From Salinispira sp. (GTDB lineage Bacteria > Spirochaetota > Spirochaetia > DSM-27196 > Salinispiraceae): 64,000 nucleotides of DNA. The notes under the pieces were generated by a model. The model had not been told where the DNA came from and did no database searches. It saw only the letters and a list, made by a program, of their open reading frames with translations. The stretch is from NCBI GenBank assembly GCA_965602015.1, contig OZ271918.1, positions 3,104,001-3,168,000 on the forward strand, read 5' to 3'. This document shows, piece by piece, positions 56,601 through 64,000 of the stretch (position 1 is its first letter; every line of letters begins with the position of its first letter). The translations under genes were made by a program, and so were the position numbers.

Positions 56601-59600
56601 TTCGACGGTAAAATCATAAGAAAATTCGCCGTTTACCACATCGGCACTGCTGCTGTACAGGGTTTCTTCCACATATTCCCATCGGGTATTTATGCGGCCG
56701 TAGAGCCCCTGCTGCTGAGCAGCCTTCCACTCGCCTTTGATCAGCCCGTACTCTATCGGTGCCGACGCCTGTACCGGCTCGCCGTCGATGTTCACCAGGC
56801 GGACTTCCGCCCGGATCTGGTCGCCGGTCGGGACGAATCGGCTCCACCACCCCGTCGTGCTGCCCTGGGAGAATCGCGCCGCAATGTAAAAATCCGCGGG
56901 ATGCACCAGCACCGAGGCCCGGCTTGCCACAACCTGCCGGTCGATGTCCTCGACCCTTGTTTCGAGGGTATATTCGTAGGGTTTACCTTCCAGTTCCTGT
57001 TCGGCTGTCCCGCTTTGGATTCCCGTTTGGCCCGACCCGGACAGAACCCCCCTGCCAGTGGTCAAATTTCGCTCATAACCCCATTCGCTGGTACCAAAAC
57101 TCCAGTCCTGCCAGCGAGTTCCCGGGGGAACGTAATTAACCGGTCGCCGGGTCCAGAAGTAATCATAGGAAGCGGAAGCCAGAACACCTCCTGCAAGGTA
57201 CTCTGCGCTTACCGCTGCATCAATGTTATCCCCGGCGAACAACTCGGTATCGACAATGGATGTTTCAACGGCGAATGTCACCCGACGGAAATTACCCACG
57301 TAGAACGAGAGCTGCCGGGTGTTATAGCGCTCGCTGCCGTACTGGTAGTACAGCCGGTAGTCTCCGGGCTCAAGATCCTCACCCAGTGAAATCCGGGTTG
57401 AAAATCCGCCGGACTCGCTGGGCCGCACCGGGCTCCGCCAGATTTCTTCTCCGCTTTGCTGATGGCGGATGTACATCTGAAATTCACCCGTCGCCGGTGA
57501 GAATCCGTTGGCGTCCTGACTCCAGTGAATGCCCCGGATTGCCAGCTCCTCCCCGGGTTTGTAAATCCCCCGGTCGGTGAACATAAACACCCTTTCCATG
57601 GGAATCAGGGCGTCTTCGGGATCCCGAGTACGGTACACATTGAAGCGGTAAGAATTATGGGTCGATGCAGTCAGCATTTCCGCTGAGTCCCGGTCCTTCC
57701 TCACCAATATGTGCAGATCATCATCCCTGGTGCGGAAATTCGTGGCAAATCTGCGCTGAAAAACCCCGTCCGCAAGCTCAATCACCGCAAGTCCCTGTGA
57801 ATCGCTCTGCCCCTGGAACCGGGCTCCCTGGAGATTAAACACTTCCACCTCCGCGCCTTCCACGGCAGTTCCGTCGGAGAGCCGGTTGACCCACACGAGT
57901 ACCCGATTATAGGCAATTCTTGCGGTGATTCCCAAATCTGTAACCTGTACCGTCAAGCGGTCCGAATCTGTTACATCCCGGGCATTCCGGACTAATTCGG
58001 GGTCCTTCTGTGCCCTCCAGGCGAGACTGACGCTGCCGAACCCCTCGGAATTCAAGTACCCGCTGAGATCCTCTTCATAAAAGCGCACATAATCCCGCTG
58101 AAGTTCGGAAATATCATAGCTGCTAAGGGAAATCGAGGGCTCCTGAGTCTGAAAACCCCTGACCGTCCGCTGAATTCCAAGAGCGAAATCATTGATGTTC
58201 CGCAGGGAAAACACAATCTTAGGATCGAATTCCGCTTCCAGATGCCGGAGCCCCGAGTAATGTGAGGGGAAATCGATGCTGGCGCTGGGGCGGGGAATCG
58301 TATAGGACAAAACCTGACTGTCCCCCAGAGTCCTTCCGAAAACATCGCGGATCCCCGCGGGGGGGATGAGTGCGACGGTCTGACCGGGTCTGGCATCGGG
58401 CACAAAAATCCGCAGGCGGGAAAAGTACTGCTGCACCTCCTGAATTTCCACCTCGGTTCCGTCAAGAGAAACTGTCAACGACAGAGCATCCATCCCTTCC
58501 TCGAGCCCGTGTGAAAACTCGATGTACAGCGGGTAGGCATAGGGTCGGTTATCCATGGGAAAATTGCCGCTGTACCCCGTCAGCCTCCGGGCGGCAAAGG
58601 GATAAATAGTACGCATGGTAAAGCTTTGATCGATAAGCGTCGGAGGAAATCCGGAGCGCGGTACGGCCCCGGCCTTCAAAGCGATGGTGATTCCCGAATT
58701 TTCCGGCGGTTCGTTTTCAAGGACGAGCTGCACCGCCCGGGGAATCCGGCTTTCCAGCTCAGACCGGTATTCGGGGCGTTGAACGCTAAACGCCAGGCTT
58801 TCATCTGAAAGCATCAGCTCAATATGCCCGGCCACCATGTCGGGATCAACAGGCTGATTAAACTCTAATGTCAGGCGCCGGGCGAGGCTTGTCGGCACAT
58901 TAAAAAGCTGGGAAAATCCATCCTGGGGGTCGCCGGGGTACACCTGGACGATTTTTAGTCGTTCGGAAAAAATATCGAAGTCGAAGCCCTCCGCCAGAGT
59001 TTCTCCTGTTAGGGATGTGGCTGCGGGCAAAACCGAAACCCGGTAACGCGGCTCTTCGAGCAACGGAACATCCGGCTCAAAGCTCAGGGTTCGGCTGCCG
59101 TACCAACGGAACACGCCGGGGACCGGGGGGTCCAGGCTCATTATTTCGCTGGTATCCATTACCTCCCCTAGCCGGGCTACGGGGACCATTGGCTGGTTAA
59201 ACATGACGAATATTCTCGGCGTCGAGTTCTCCACCGGAAGAACGCCCCGGGGACCGTAATCCACAATCTCAAGCGGGCTTTCCGCCGCGTCCAGAGCGCC
59301 TATCTGGTTTAATGCCGCATTGGTATCCACCGAGAAGTAGCGGATGGTTCCTACGCTGAAATCAATGGCGTCTCGGATGAACCCTTCCTGAACAATGCGG
59401 GGCCGTTCGGCGCGGCTCATCAGCTCACCGGCTGCCTGGGCGGATTCATCCCCTATGAGGCCGCTTTGAAGGAAGCGAAGACTGTCCTCCTTCTCGTCGG
59501 CCGACATGGCCGTGAAATCCGGTACTTCCGCGGAGTTTCCGCAGCCCGCAAGAAAAACGAATGCCGATAGCAGCACGAGGGCTGCAAGGAAAAACAGGGG

Positions 59601-59624
59601 TAATGTGGACGGGGAATTGGACAT
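53694..59624 (-). CDS. Bacterial alpha-2-macroglobulin-family lipoprotein (no thioester motif)
   Basis: Lipobox LAG-C; FNQPMV, VQVTDLG, FTDRGIYKPGE, DKALYSPGE, AVDRGVL, LPDSLTSYR, PIPSGAE, TPGIYPTPPA. Confidence 0.92.
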   Translation of the reverse strand: MSNSPSTLPLFFLAALVLLSAFVFLAGCGNSAEVPDFTAMSADEKEDSLRFLQSGLIGDESAQAAGELMSRAERPRIVQEGFIRDAIDFSVGTIRYFSVDTNAALNQIGALDAAESPLEIVDYGPRGVLPVENSTPRIFVMFNQPMVPVARLGEVMDTSEIMSLDPPVPGVFRWYGSRTLSFEPDVPLLEEPRYRVSVLPAATSLTGETLAEGFDFDIFSERLKIVQVYPGDPQDGFSQLFNVPTSLARRLTLEFNQPVDPDMVAGHIELMLSDESLAFSVQRPEYRSELESRIPRAVQLVLENEPPENSGITIALKAGAVPRSGFPPTLIDQSFTMRTIYPFAARRLTGYSGNFPMDNRPYAYPLYIEFSHGLEEGMDALSLTVSLDGTEVEIQEVQQYFSRLRIFVPDARPGQTVALIPPAGIRDVFGRTLGDSQVLSYTIPRPSASIDFPSHYSGLRHLEAEFDPKIVFSLRNINDFALGIQRTVRGFQTQEPSISLSSYDISELQRDYVRFYEEDLSGYLNSEGFGSVSLAWRAQKDPELVRNARDVTDSDRLTVQVTDLGITARIAYNRVLVWVNRLSDGTAVEGAEVEVFNLQGARFQGQSDSQGLAVIELADGVFQRRFATNFRTRDDDLHILVRKDRDSAEMLTASTHNSYRFNVYRTRDPEDALIPMERVFMFTDRGIYKPGEELAIRGIHWSQDANGFSPATGEFQMYIRHQQSGEEIWRSPVRPSESGGFSTRISLGEDLEPGDYRLYYQYGSERYNTRQLSFYVGNFRRVTFAVETSIVDTELFAGDNIDAAVSAEYLAGGVLASASYDYFWTRRPVNYVPPGTRWQDWSFGTSEWGYERNLTTGRGVLSGSGQTGIQSGTAEQELEGKPYEYTLETRVEDIDRQVVASRASVLVHPADFYIAARFSQGSTTGWWSRFVPTGDQIRAEVRLVNIDGEPVQASAPIEYGLIKGEWKAAQQQGLYGRINTRWEYVEETLYSSSADVVNGEFSYDFTVEDPGRYTLYFTAADERGRMSRTEIPFYATGSGWVQTASQTPSDITMTVDKALYSPGETARILVQSPIPRGRYLLSVEREGILSQEVISLDGSTRVIEVPVLEEYLPVFYVALSSFTERTETQDDYFQPDLGKPRGLFGITSVRVSTEAVELDVEVEGDSDSYGPGDDAGISVRVTRNGEPVAGAEVTILAVDRGVLDLIDYRVPDPVAFFYDERNFPLGVEGDDSRRLLMRPVTYDISTLQGGDSGKMEEREDFNPLALFEPAIFTDQDGYARVDFLLPDSLTSYRVTALALHGNRLGIEEDEILVQNPVNIRTALPRRFRNRDSVAAGVVLTNTTAEDQELTIRVESDILRVAGPAERTITVPANSSYELPFILEAVFEGQGVIRFITQSAVVNEVLHEPVVVERPLITEAFTSIGAVLGDAGGGEEDGEQAPRAVEGLVLPSAIADGYGTLRINVDSSLAPLVRPSADRLLLAPGDTRSFYNSRLFDLAVRAAGYGTPDMSVLRELAENQFESGGIGYRSPRQSFARENIFLSLLTAHVLIMTEDFSVDSGDYIDLDALGRYLLTNLQPRSEGTTVGMIHAWNALLLAKLGLVEAENLEPLEALEDQLGIAGYNLLAEAYLVLGERSAARRLYMRSRNFMNLGTRSVDLRETYEVRGYFDSREAELGLFLRTATLMNESPELLLRIAGTLNASRNSRRFHSPFDDFWTVYGFIPLLAGEDPSDNITATVSVDGANLISREPGFSTVLPLFEAPLADLPRDRMMSLEIEKQGRGQLYYSSTLEYALPGETAQARDEGVELRSQIETLDGELVSGEVLPLGETLRVRVFLSTTRRLSFLTLNVPIPSGAEILDPNLKITGSYDDAGGLQSESWTRETVYGDSQEFLADGYAGYGPGGWWFWFYRPVQRIYDNGISYLWEDFYAGDREVSFLIRTTTPGIYPTPPAQARAEFEPEIFGRSGGRLYIIEGQ

Positions 59625-59716
59625 ATAGGGTCTCCTGGACAGCTGCGGGTACAGGAAACAGTATTTATGAGAGCGCCCGGTTTATCAAGGAAAACCGGGC
59701 GCTTAGCTGGGGTTTC

Positions 59717-61162
59717 TTAGCGTTCTTCGCTCAAGCGCAGCACGATGCCGCTGTACTCCGGCAGATTCAGGCGGATGCGGCCCCGGCGGATTCGCACCTG
59801 GTCGAGAGAAGGTACTCCCGGGGCAACAGGGTCGCCGTTTTCATCGAGAAGGACCGAATGGGCCCATCGGTAGTTCCGGGCGAGGTCATCGGGCAGCTCG
59901 ATATCGAGCCGCCGGTCCTCTTCGGCATTGTTCAGCACCGTCACAAACACTTCATCGTCGCTGTACCGGGCAAAGGCATAGCTGCTCGAGCCGCGGTTGA
60001 CCACCCGGAAACCGCCGCTGGTGAGAGCCGGGTGATCGGCCCTTAGACCGTTGAGCCGGGTAACCATATCGAGGTAGAGGGGCTCGGCATCCCAGTCCAT
60101 CATCCGTCGGCCGGTATGCTCGGCACCGCCGTCCGCGGGAATTTCGGTTCCGTAGTACATCACCGGAATTCCCGTGTAGGTGAACAGGAACATAAGCCCC
60201 TGAGCCACCTTCTGGTCGCGATCCCGGCGCATCTGATTTATAAACCGGGGCACGTCGTGATTATCGATAAATGTCCCCATCAGGTCGTCGTTGGGATAAT
60301 TTTGCTTGGAGTTCAAGAGGGTCTGATTGAAGCGGGTGCCCGGTTCGCCATTCCGGATCATATCCCTTACAGCGAAGTACATGGGAAAATCCAGCATTCC
60401 GTGAATGCCCGCCCGCTGGTACCGGCCCAGATTGGCGGGATTGCCGTCAAACACCTCGCCAATGAGATAGAAATCCGGATATCGCTCCCTGATCGCCTGA
60501 GAATACTCAAGCCAGAAATCCGCGGGCACGTGCTTTACCGCATCGAGGCGGTACCCGTCTATCCCGGTCTGATCTATCCACCAAATGGACATATCGATGA
60601 GATACTGCCTTACTTCGGGATTATTGTGATTGAGGTCAGGGAGATTCTGGAGCCAATGATTCTCCACCTGGAACTGATCCCCATGGTCGTCGATATCCCT
60701 TCGGGGATTGAACCAGGTTTCCTTTAACTCATCATCCGCATACAGAACGCTCTGGATTCCTGTGTGGTTGATGGCCAGATCGGCAATGACCTTGATGCCC
60801 AGTTCATGGGCGCGATCGACCATGCTGCGAAGGCTTTCCATGTCGCCGAAGTGCTCTTCGACCGCATAATAATCCCGGGCACAGTACCCGTGATACCCGC
60901 CGGACTGATTATCGACCACCGAAGATATCCAGATAGCCGTGAATCCCATATCGGCAATGTAGGGCAGCTTTTCCTCGAGGCCGGCGAAGTCGCCGCCGTG
61001 ATATCCCGTCAGGTTGCGCAGATTTACCGTAAAATTATTGGTCTCATCGCCGTCGTAAAACCGGTCGGTGAATAAAAAATATACCGAATCCGCAGCGCTG
61101 AACTGCGCGGCCAACGAAGCCGTCATGAGCAACAGCAGCAGGGTGATGGCAGGTCGTTTCAT
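59717..61162 (-). CDS. Secreted GH13 alpha-amylase
   Basis: Signal peptide MKRPAITLLLLLMTASLAA; DRFYDGD, GGDFAG, YHGY, DGYRLDAVKH, GEVFD, FIDNHD. Start 61162 overlaps the upstream stop. Confidence 0.9.
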   Translation of the reverse strand: MKRPAITLLLLLMTASLAAQFSAADSVYFLFTDRFYDGDETNNFTVNLRNLTGYHGGDFAGLEEKLPYIADMGFTAIWISSVVDNQSGGYHGYCARDYYAVEEHFGDMESLRSMVDRAHELGIKVIADLAINHTGIQSVLYADDELKETWFNPRRDIDDHGDQFQVENHWLQNLPDLNHNNPEVRQYLIDMSIWWIDQTGIDGYRLDAVKHVPADFWLEYSQAIRERYPDFYLIGEVFDGNPANLGRYQRAGIHGMLDFPMYFAVRDMIRNGEPGTRFNQTLLNSKQNYPNDDLMGTFIDNHDVPRFINQMRRDRDQKVAQGLMFLFTYTGIPVMYYGTEIPADGGAEHTGRRMMDWDAEPLYLDMVTRLNGLRADHPALTSGGFRVVNRGSSSYAFARYSDDEVFVTVLNNAEEDRRLDIELPDDLARNYRWAHSVLLDENGDPVAPGVPSLDQVRIRRGRIRLNLPEYSGIVLRLSEER

Positions 61163-61509
61163 TATTTCTTTCCTCCGATGCGAAAAATCGGATCGAAATA
61201 CCGATCCATATCTATTCGCTTTGATAGCCATTTGACGAAAAAATGATAGAAAAAATAGGATGTAACCACTGAAATAAAGAATATTAGTATGACAGCAACC
61301 TGTCCCGCCGCCTGGGAAAATTGGGGCGCGAGGAAACTGCCGTACAGCATGGAGAGAAGAAGGAACACGGCGATCATGACCAGCAGGTTCACCAGTGTGG
61401 CGACGAGGACAAAAAGAACCGAATTGAGTTTCTTTTTTCCGTTCTTGACCCGGGTCTCCCGGGATTTCCGTTCCGGGCCTTGGCCGCTGCTGCCGGGATC
61501 CTGACTCAT
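61162..61509 (-). CDS. Small membrane protein (2 TM helices)
   Basis: KKKLNSVLFVLVAT..N; C-terminus MDRYFDPIF; coupled to lspA (ATGA). Confidence 0.75.
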   Translation of the reverse strand: MSQDPGSSGQGPERKSRETRVKNGKKKLNSVLFVLVATLVNLLVMIAVFLLLSMLYGSFLAPQFSQAAGQVAVILIFFISVVTSYFFYHFFVKWLSKRIDMDRYFDPIFRIGGKK

Positions 61510-62048
61510 ACCTCTTCCGCCCCCGGCTTCTTATCGGAAGCCGATGTTCCTGATTCGCGTATCAGGGTAATCATGAGGAGTATTCCGCAGATAACCGTGG
61601 ACATGTCGGCTACATTAAATGTCGGCCAACGCTCGAGTCCGAATAGTCCGTAAAACTTGAAGTCGAGAAAATCGACCACTCCCAAGGGCCGGAAAATCCG
61701 ATCGAAAAACACATTTCCGATGCCCCCTCCGGCAATCCCCGCAAGCAGCCAGCGCTGGAGCTTCGACAGCTCGGATGATCGCACCAGGAAGATCACTACG
61801 CCGATAACGACGATTACCGGGATCACGATTAACACGATAATGCGCACCGCCTGGGGTGCCGAATCGCCGAGGCTGAAAGCCGCCCCCAGGTTGCGCACGT
61901 GGATGATGCGGAAAAAGTCCCCAAAGAACGATGCCCCGATGGAGTACAGGGGAATGGTTCTCAGGATAATCAGTTTCGTAATCTGATCGAGGATGACGAT
62001 GCCCGCAGTAAGCAGGAGCGGGGTAAAATGGTATTTTTTCTTGTCCAT
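61506..62048 (-). CDS. lspA: Lipoprotein signal peptidase II
   Basis: LDQITK, NLGAAFS, GGGIGN..DR, VVDF, WPTFNVAD. Confidence 0.95.
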   Translation of the reverse strand: MDKKKYHFTPLLLTAGIVILDQITKLIILRTIPLYSIGASFFGDFFRIIHVRNLGAAFSLGDSAPQAVRIIVLIVIPVIVVIGVVIFLVRSSELSKLQRWLLAGIAGGGIGNVFFDRIFRPLGVVDFLDFKFYGLFGLERWPTFNVADMSTVICGILLMITLIRESGTSASDKKPGAEEV

Positions 62049-62060
62049 GTATAATCCGTT

Positions 62061-62834
62061 TCAGAGACCGGTGGGAACGTCGATGAACTCCGCACCGACC
62101 GACTGTTCGGCACCGGGGCCCTCGAGAAAGCGCTGCATGAGCAGCTTCACCCCCCAGACCTCTGTGAGATAATGTCCGGCGAATATAACATTAATACCCG
62201 ATTCCAGACAACGATGGTATACCGTGTGTTCCGCGTCGCCGGTTATGAAGAGATCGATGCCCTGCTCAATTGCCTGATCCACCTCATAGGCCCCGCCTCC
62301 GGAAACAATCGCCACGGTCCTTACTTCCGGCGGACCGAAGGGGAGCGCCCTGATTATATTTCCGTCGATACCAAAAACATCCTGCTGAACTTCAAACAGC
62401 TCCCGGGCCCGGGGCAGCTCTCCTTTCACCCCGATGAACTTCTCCTTGTGTTCTCCGAAGGGTTCGAGATTTTCAAGGCCCATGCTGCGCGCAATGCCGT
62501 AATTGTTTCCAAGTTCCTGGTGGGCATCAAGAGGTAAATGAATGGCATACAGTGCCAGATCATGTTCCATGAGAAACCGTATGCGGTCGTAGTGATACCC
62601 GGTGAGCAGCTGCTCGCGCCCCCAGAACAATCCGTGGTGAACCACCAGGACGCCGGCGCCGATATCCGCGCAGCGGTAAAAAGTTTCCAGGCTGGCATCC
62701 ACGGCGAATGCGATTTTTTCCAGGGATTCTCTGCGGTGGGTCACCTGGAGTCCGTTGGCGCTGTTGTCTATTCTGGCGAAATCATCGATGGCGAGCTGGG
62801 AACGCATCCATGCATCCAGTTGGGTTATGGTCAT
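62061..62834 (-). CDS. Nif3-like dinuclear metal-centre protein (YbgI family)
   Basis: NGLQV, VHHGLFW, HLPLDAH..LGNN, SGGG, ITGD, AGHY.TE. Start moved to ATG 62834, which has SD GAGGAG. Confidence 0.9.
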   Translation of the reverse strand: MTITQLDAWMRSQLAIDDFARIDNSANGLQVTHRRESLEKIAFAVDASLETFYRCADIGAGVLVVHHGLFWGREQLLTGYHYDRIRFLMEHDLALYAIHLPLDAHQELGNNYGIARSMGLENLEPFGEHKEKFIGVKGELPRARELFEVQQDVFGIDGNIIRALPFGPPEVRTVAIVSGGGAYEVDQAIEQGIDLFITGDAEHTVYHRCLESGINVIFAGHYLTEVWGVKLLMQRFLEGPGAEQSVGAEFIDVPTGL

Positions 62835-62880
62835 ATCTGCTCCTCGGCTCCATGGTAGCACAAGTCCAAGGGTAATCACA

Positions 62881-62909
62881 TGGACAGCGGTCAGCCTGGC
62901 GAATATACT
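62881..62909 (+). promoter_or_regulatory. sigma70 promoter of the Lon-like gene
   Basis: TGGACA (62881-62886), 17-nt spacer, TATACT (62904-62909). Confidence 0.6.
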
Positions 62910-62921
62910 GGGCGGTACAAC

Positions 62922-64000
62922 ATGGACAAATCAAACGCATTAGAACACTGCCGCCTTTCACCGGAGCAGGTGGTTTTTTCAATTTCATCTGACGATCTGA
63001 ATATCAAACCCCGGAAAGAGGCGAGCTTTGGGATCATCGGCCAGGAACGGGCAATTCAGGCCCTGCAAATGGCGATTTCCATCCCCTCCAAGGGCTACAA
63101 TATCTTCGCCAGCGGAGCGGCGGGTACCGGAAAACGCACAGCGGTGAACCACATTCTTGACGCCCAGACCCTGGACAGGGACCTGCTTAGGGACATTGCT
63201 TACGTTCACAACATGACCCGGGAAGACAGTCCCAGCGCCCTCTACTTCGCCCCCGGGCGGGCCCGGGCATTCAAGAAGCAGCTTCGGCACTTCGTCCTCA
63301 CCATTCGCGACCTCGCCCTGAGCATTAAAAACCGAAGCGGGTTCAAGGAAACCCGTGACCGGATAATCATGGACAGCGAGAGTCAGGAAAGCCAAATGCT
63401 CTTCGATTTTGAGGACCGGGTAGGCCAGGAAGGATTCACCATCGTCCAAATTGAGGAGGACGATCAGGAAAAAGCGGACCTCGCTCCGATGATCGACAAC
63501 AAACCTTCGGATTTTGACGAACTCCAAAAACTGGTGAACCAGGGCAGCATCAGCCAGGGGCATTACAAAGAGCTTCGGGAAAAGTACTTCCAGTACATGG
63601 ACGAGATGAAACAGGTACTGGCCAGAATCCGCAACTCCCGGATTCGCATAGGCAACGAGCTCGAATCCCTCCACGTGGAAATTCTCACCCCCGATGTTCT
63701 TCAGGGAATAGAGGAGCTCAAGCGGGATTTCTGTTCCCCGGATTTTTCCAGGGAGGAAGACCCCGATGTAAAAGAAGAGCAGGAGGCTATTTCCCGCCAC
63801 CTGGACCGGGTGGGCCGGGATCTCATTGCAAAAATTTCCATCATCATTAACGAGCCCAACGAAGAGGCATTCAAGGGAGAACTGGAGCTTTCGACCAGCC
63901 CGCTTCCCGAACCCCTGACCCGCTACGATGTGAATATCCTGATCGATCACAGCGACACCGCCAAGCCTCCGGTCATTGAAGAGGTCACACCTGACTACGC
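62922..64000 (+). CDS. Lon-like (LonC-type AAA) protease, 5' part (runs off the window)
   Basis: Translated by hand; absent from the ORF track because there is no stop in the window. MDKSNALEHCRLSPEQ...IIGQERAIQAL...GYNIFASGAAGTGKRT...AYVHN...RYDVNILIDH. Confidence 0.8.
   Translation, partial: MDKSNALEHCRLSPEQVVFSISSDDLNIKPRKEASFGIIGQERAIQALQMAISIPSKGYNIFASGAAGTGKRTAVNHILDAQTLDRDLLRDIAYVHNMTREDSPSALYFAPGRARAFKKQLRHFVLTIRDLALSIKNRSGFKETRDRIIMDSESQESQMLFDFEDRVGQEGFTIVQIEEDDQEKADLAPMIDNKPSDFDELQKLVNQGSISQGHYKELREKYFQYMDEMKQVLARIRNSRIRIGNELESLHVEILTPDVLQGIEELKRDFCSPDFSREEDPDVKEEQEAISRHLDRVGRDLIAKISIIINEPNEEAFKGELELSTSPLPEPLTRYDVNILIDHSDTAKPPVIEEVTPDY

Noticed and set aside
62985..63950. 321-aa minus-strand ORF at the right edge
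   Set aside because: The real gene is the plus-strand Lon-like protein from 62922, which carries a Walker A motif.

Overview
This is a core-chromosome window from a free-living spirochaete (Spirochaetia). The assignment rests on an FlcA-like flagellar collar protein, an Msp/MOSP-like outer-sheath barrel, a Borrelia/plant-type glycerol-3-phosphate acyltransferase and spirochaete-style lolA-rodZ and addB-addA genes. Very acidic exported proteins hint at a saline habitat. About 47 CDS and 2 tRNAs (Leu-CAA, Ala-GGC) are supported. Most are housekeeping or metabolic: ssb, ilvE, eno, malQ and two GH13 amylases, pyrH, uvrD/pcrA, rplM-rpsI, recX, fabF/G/H, addAB, pbpC with an alpha-2-macroglobulin, lspA, nif3 and a Lon-like protease. 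I saw no prophage, integrase, transposase or CRISPR array. The signals of most interest are not in the ORF track: (1) a Trp-Trp-Trp leader-peptide attenuator, apparently leaderless, in front of a probable trpE at the left edge; (2) a full-length ProRS paralog with altered catalytic, tRNA-recognition and editing motifs, in an operon with a UPF0158-GNAT fusion; (3) a pbpC-linked alpha-2-macroglobulin with no thioester cysteine; (4) repeated leaderless promoter geometry; (5) sigma28-like promoters on two uncharacterised genes; (6) a 133-bp MITE-like element with a third copy of its terminal repeat 35 kb away; (7) in-frame tandem repeats inside addA and flcA. All family assignments come from reading motifs by eye. 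No database search was run.
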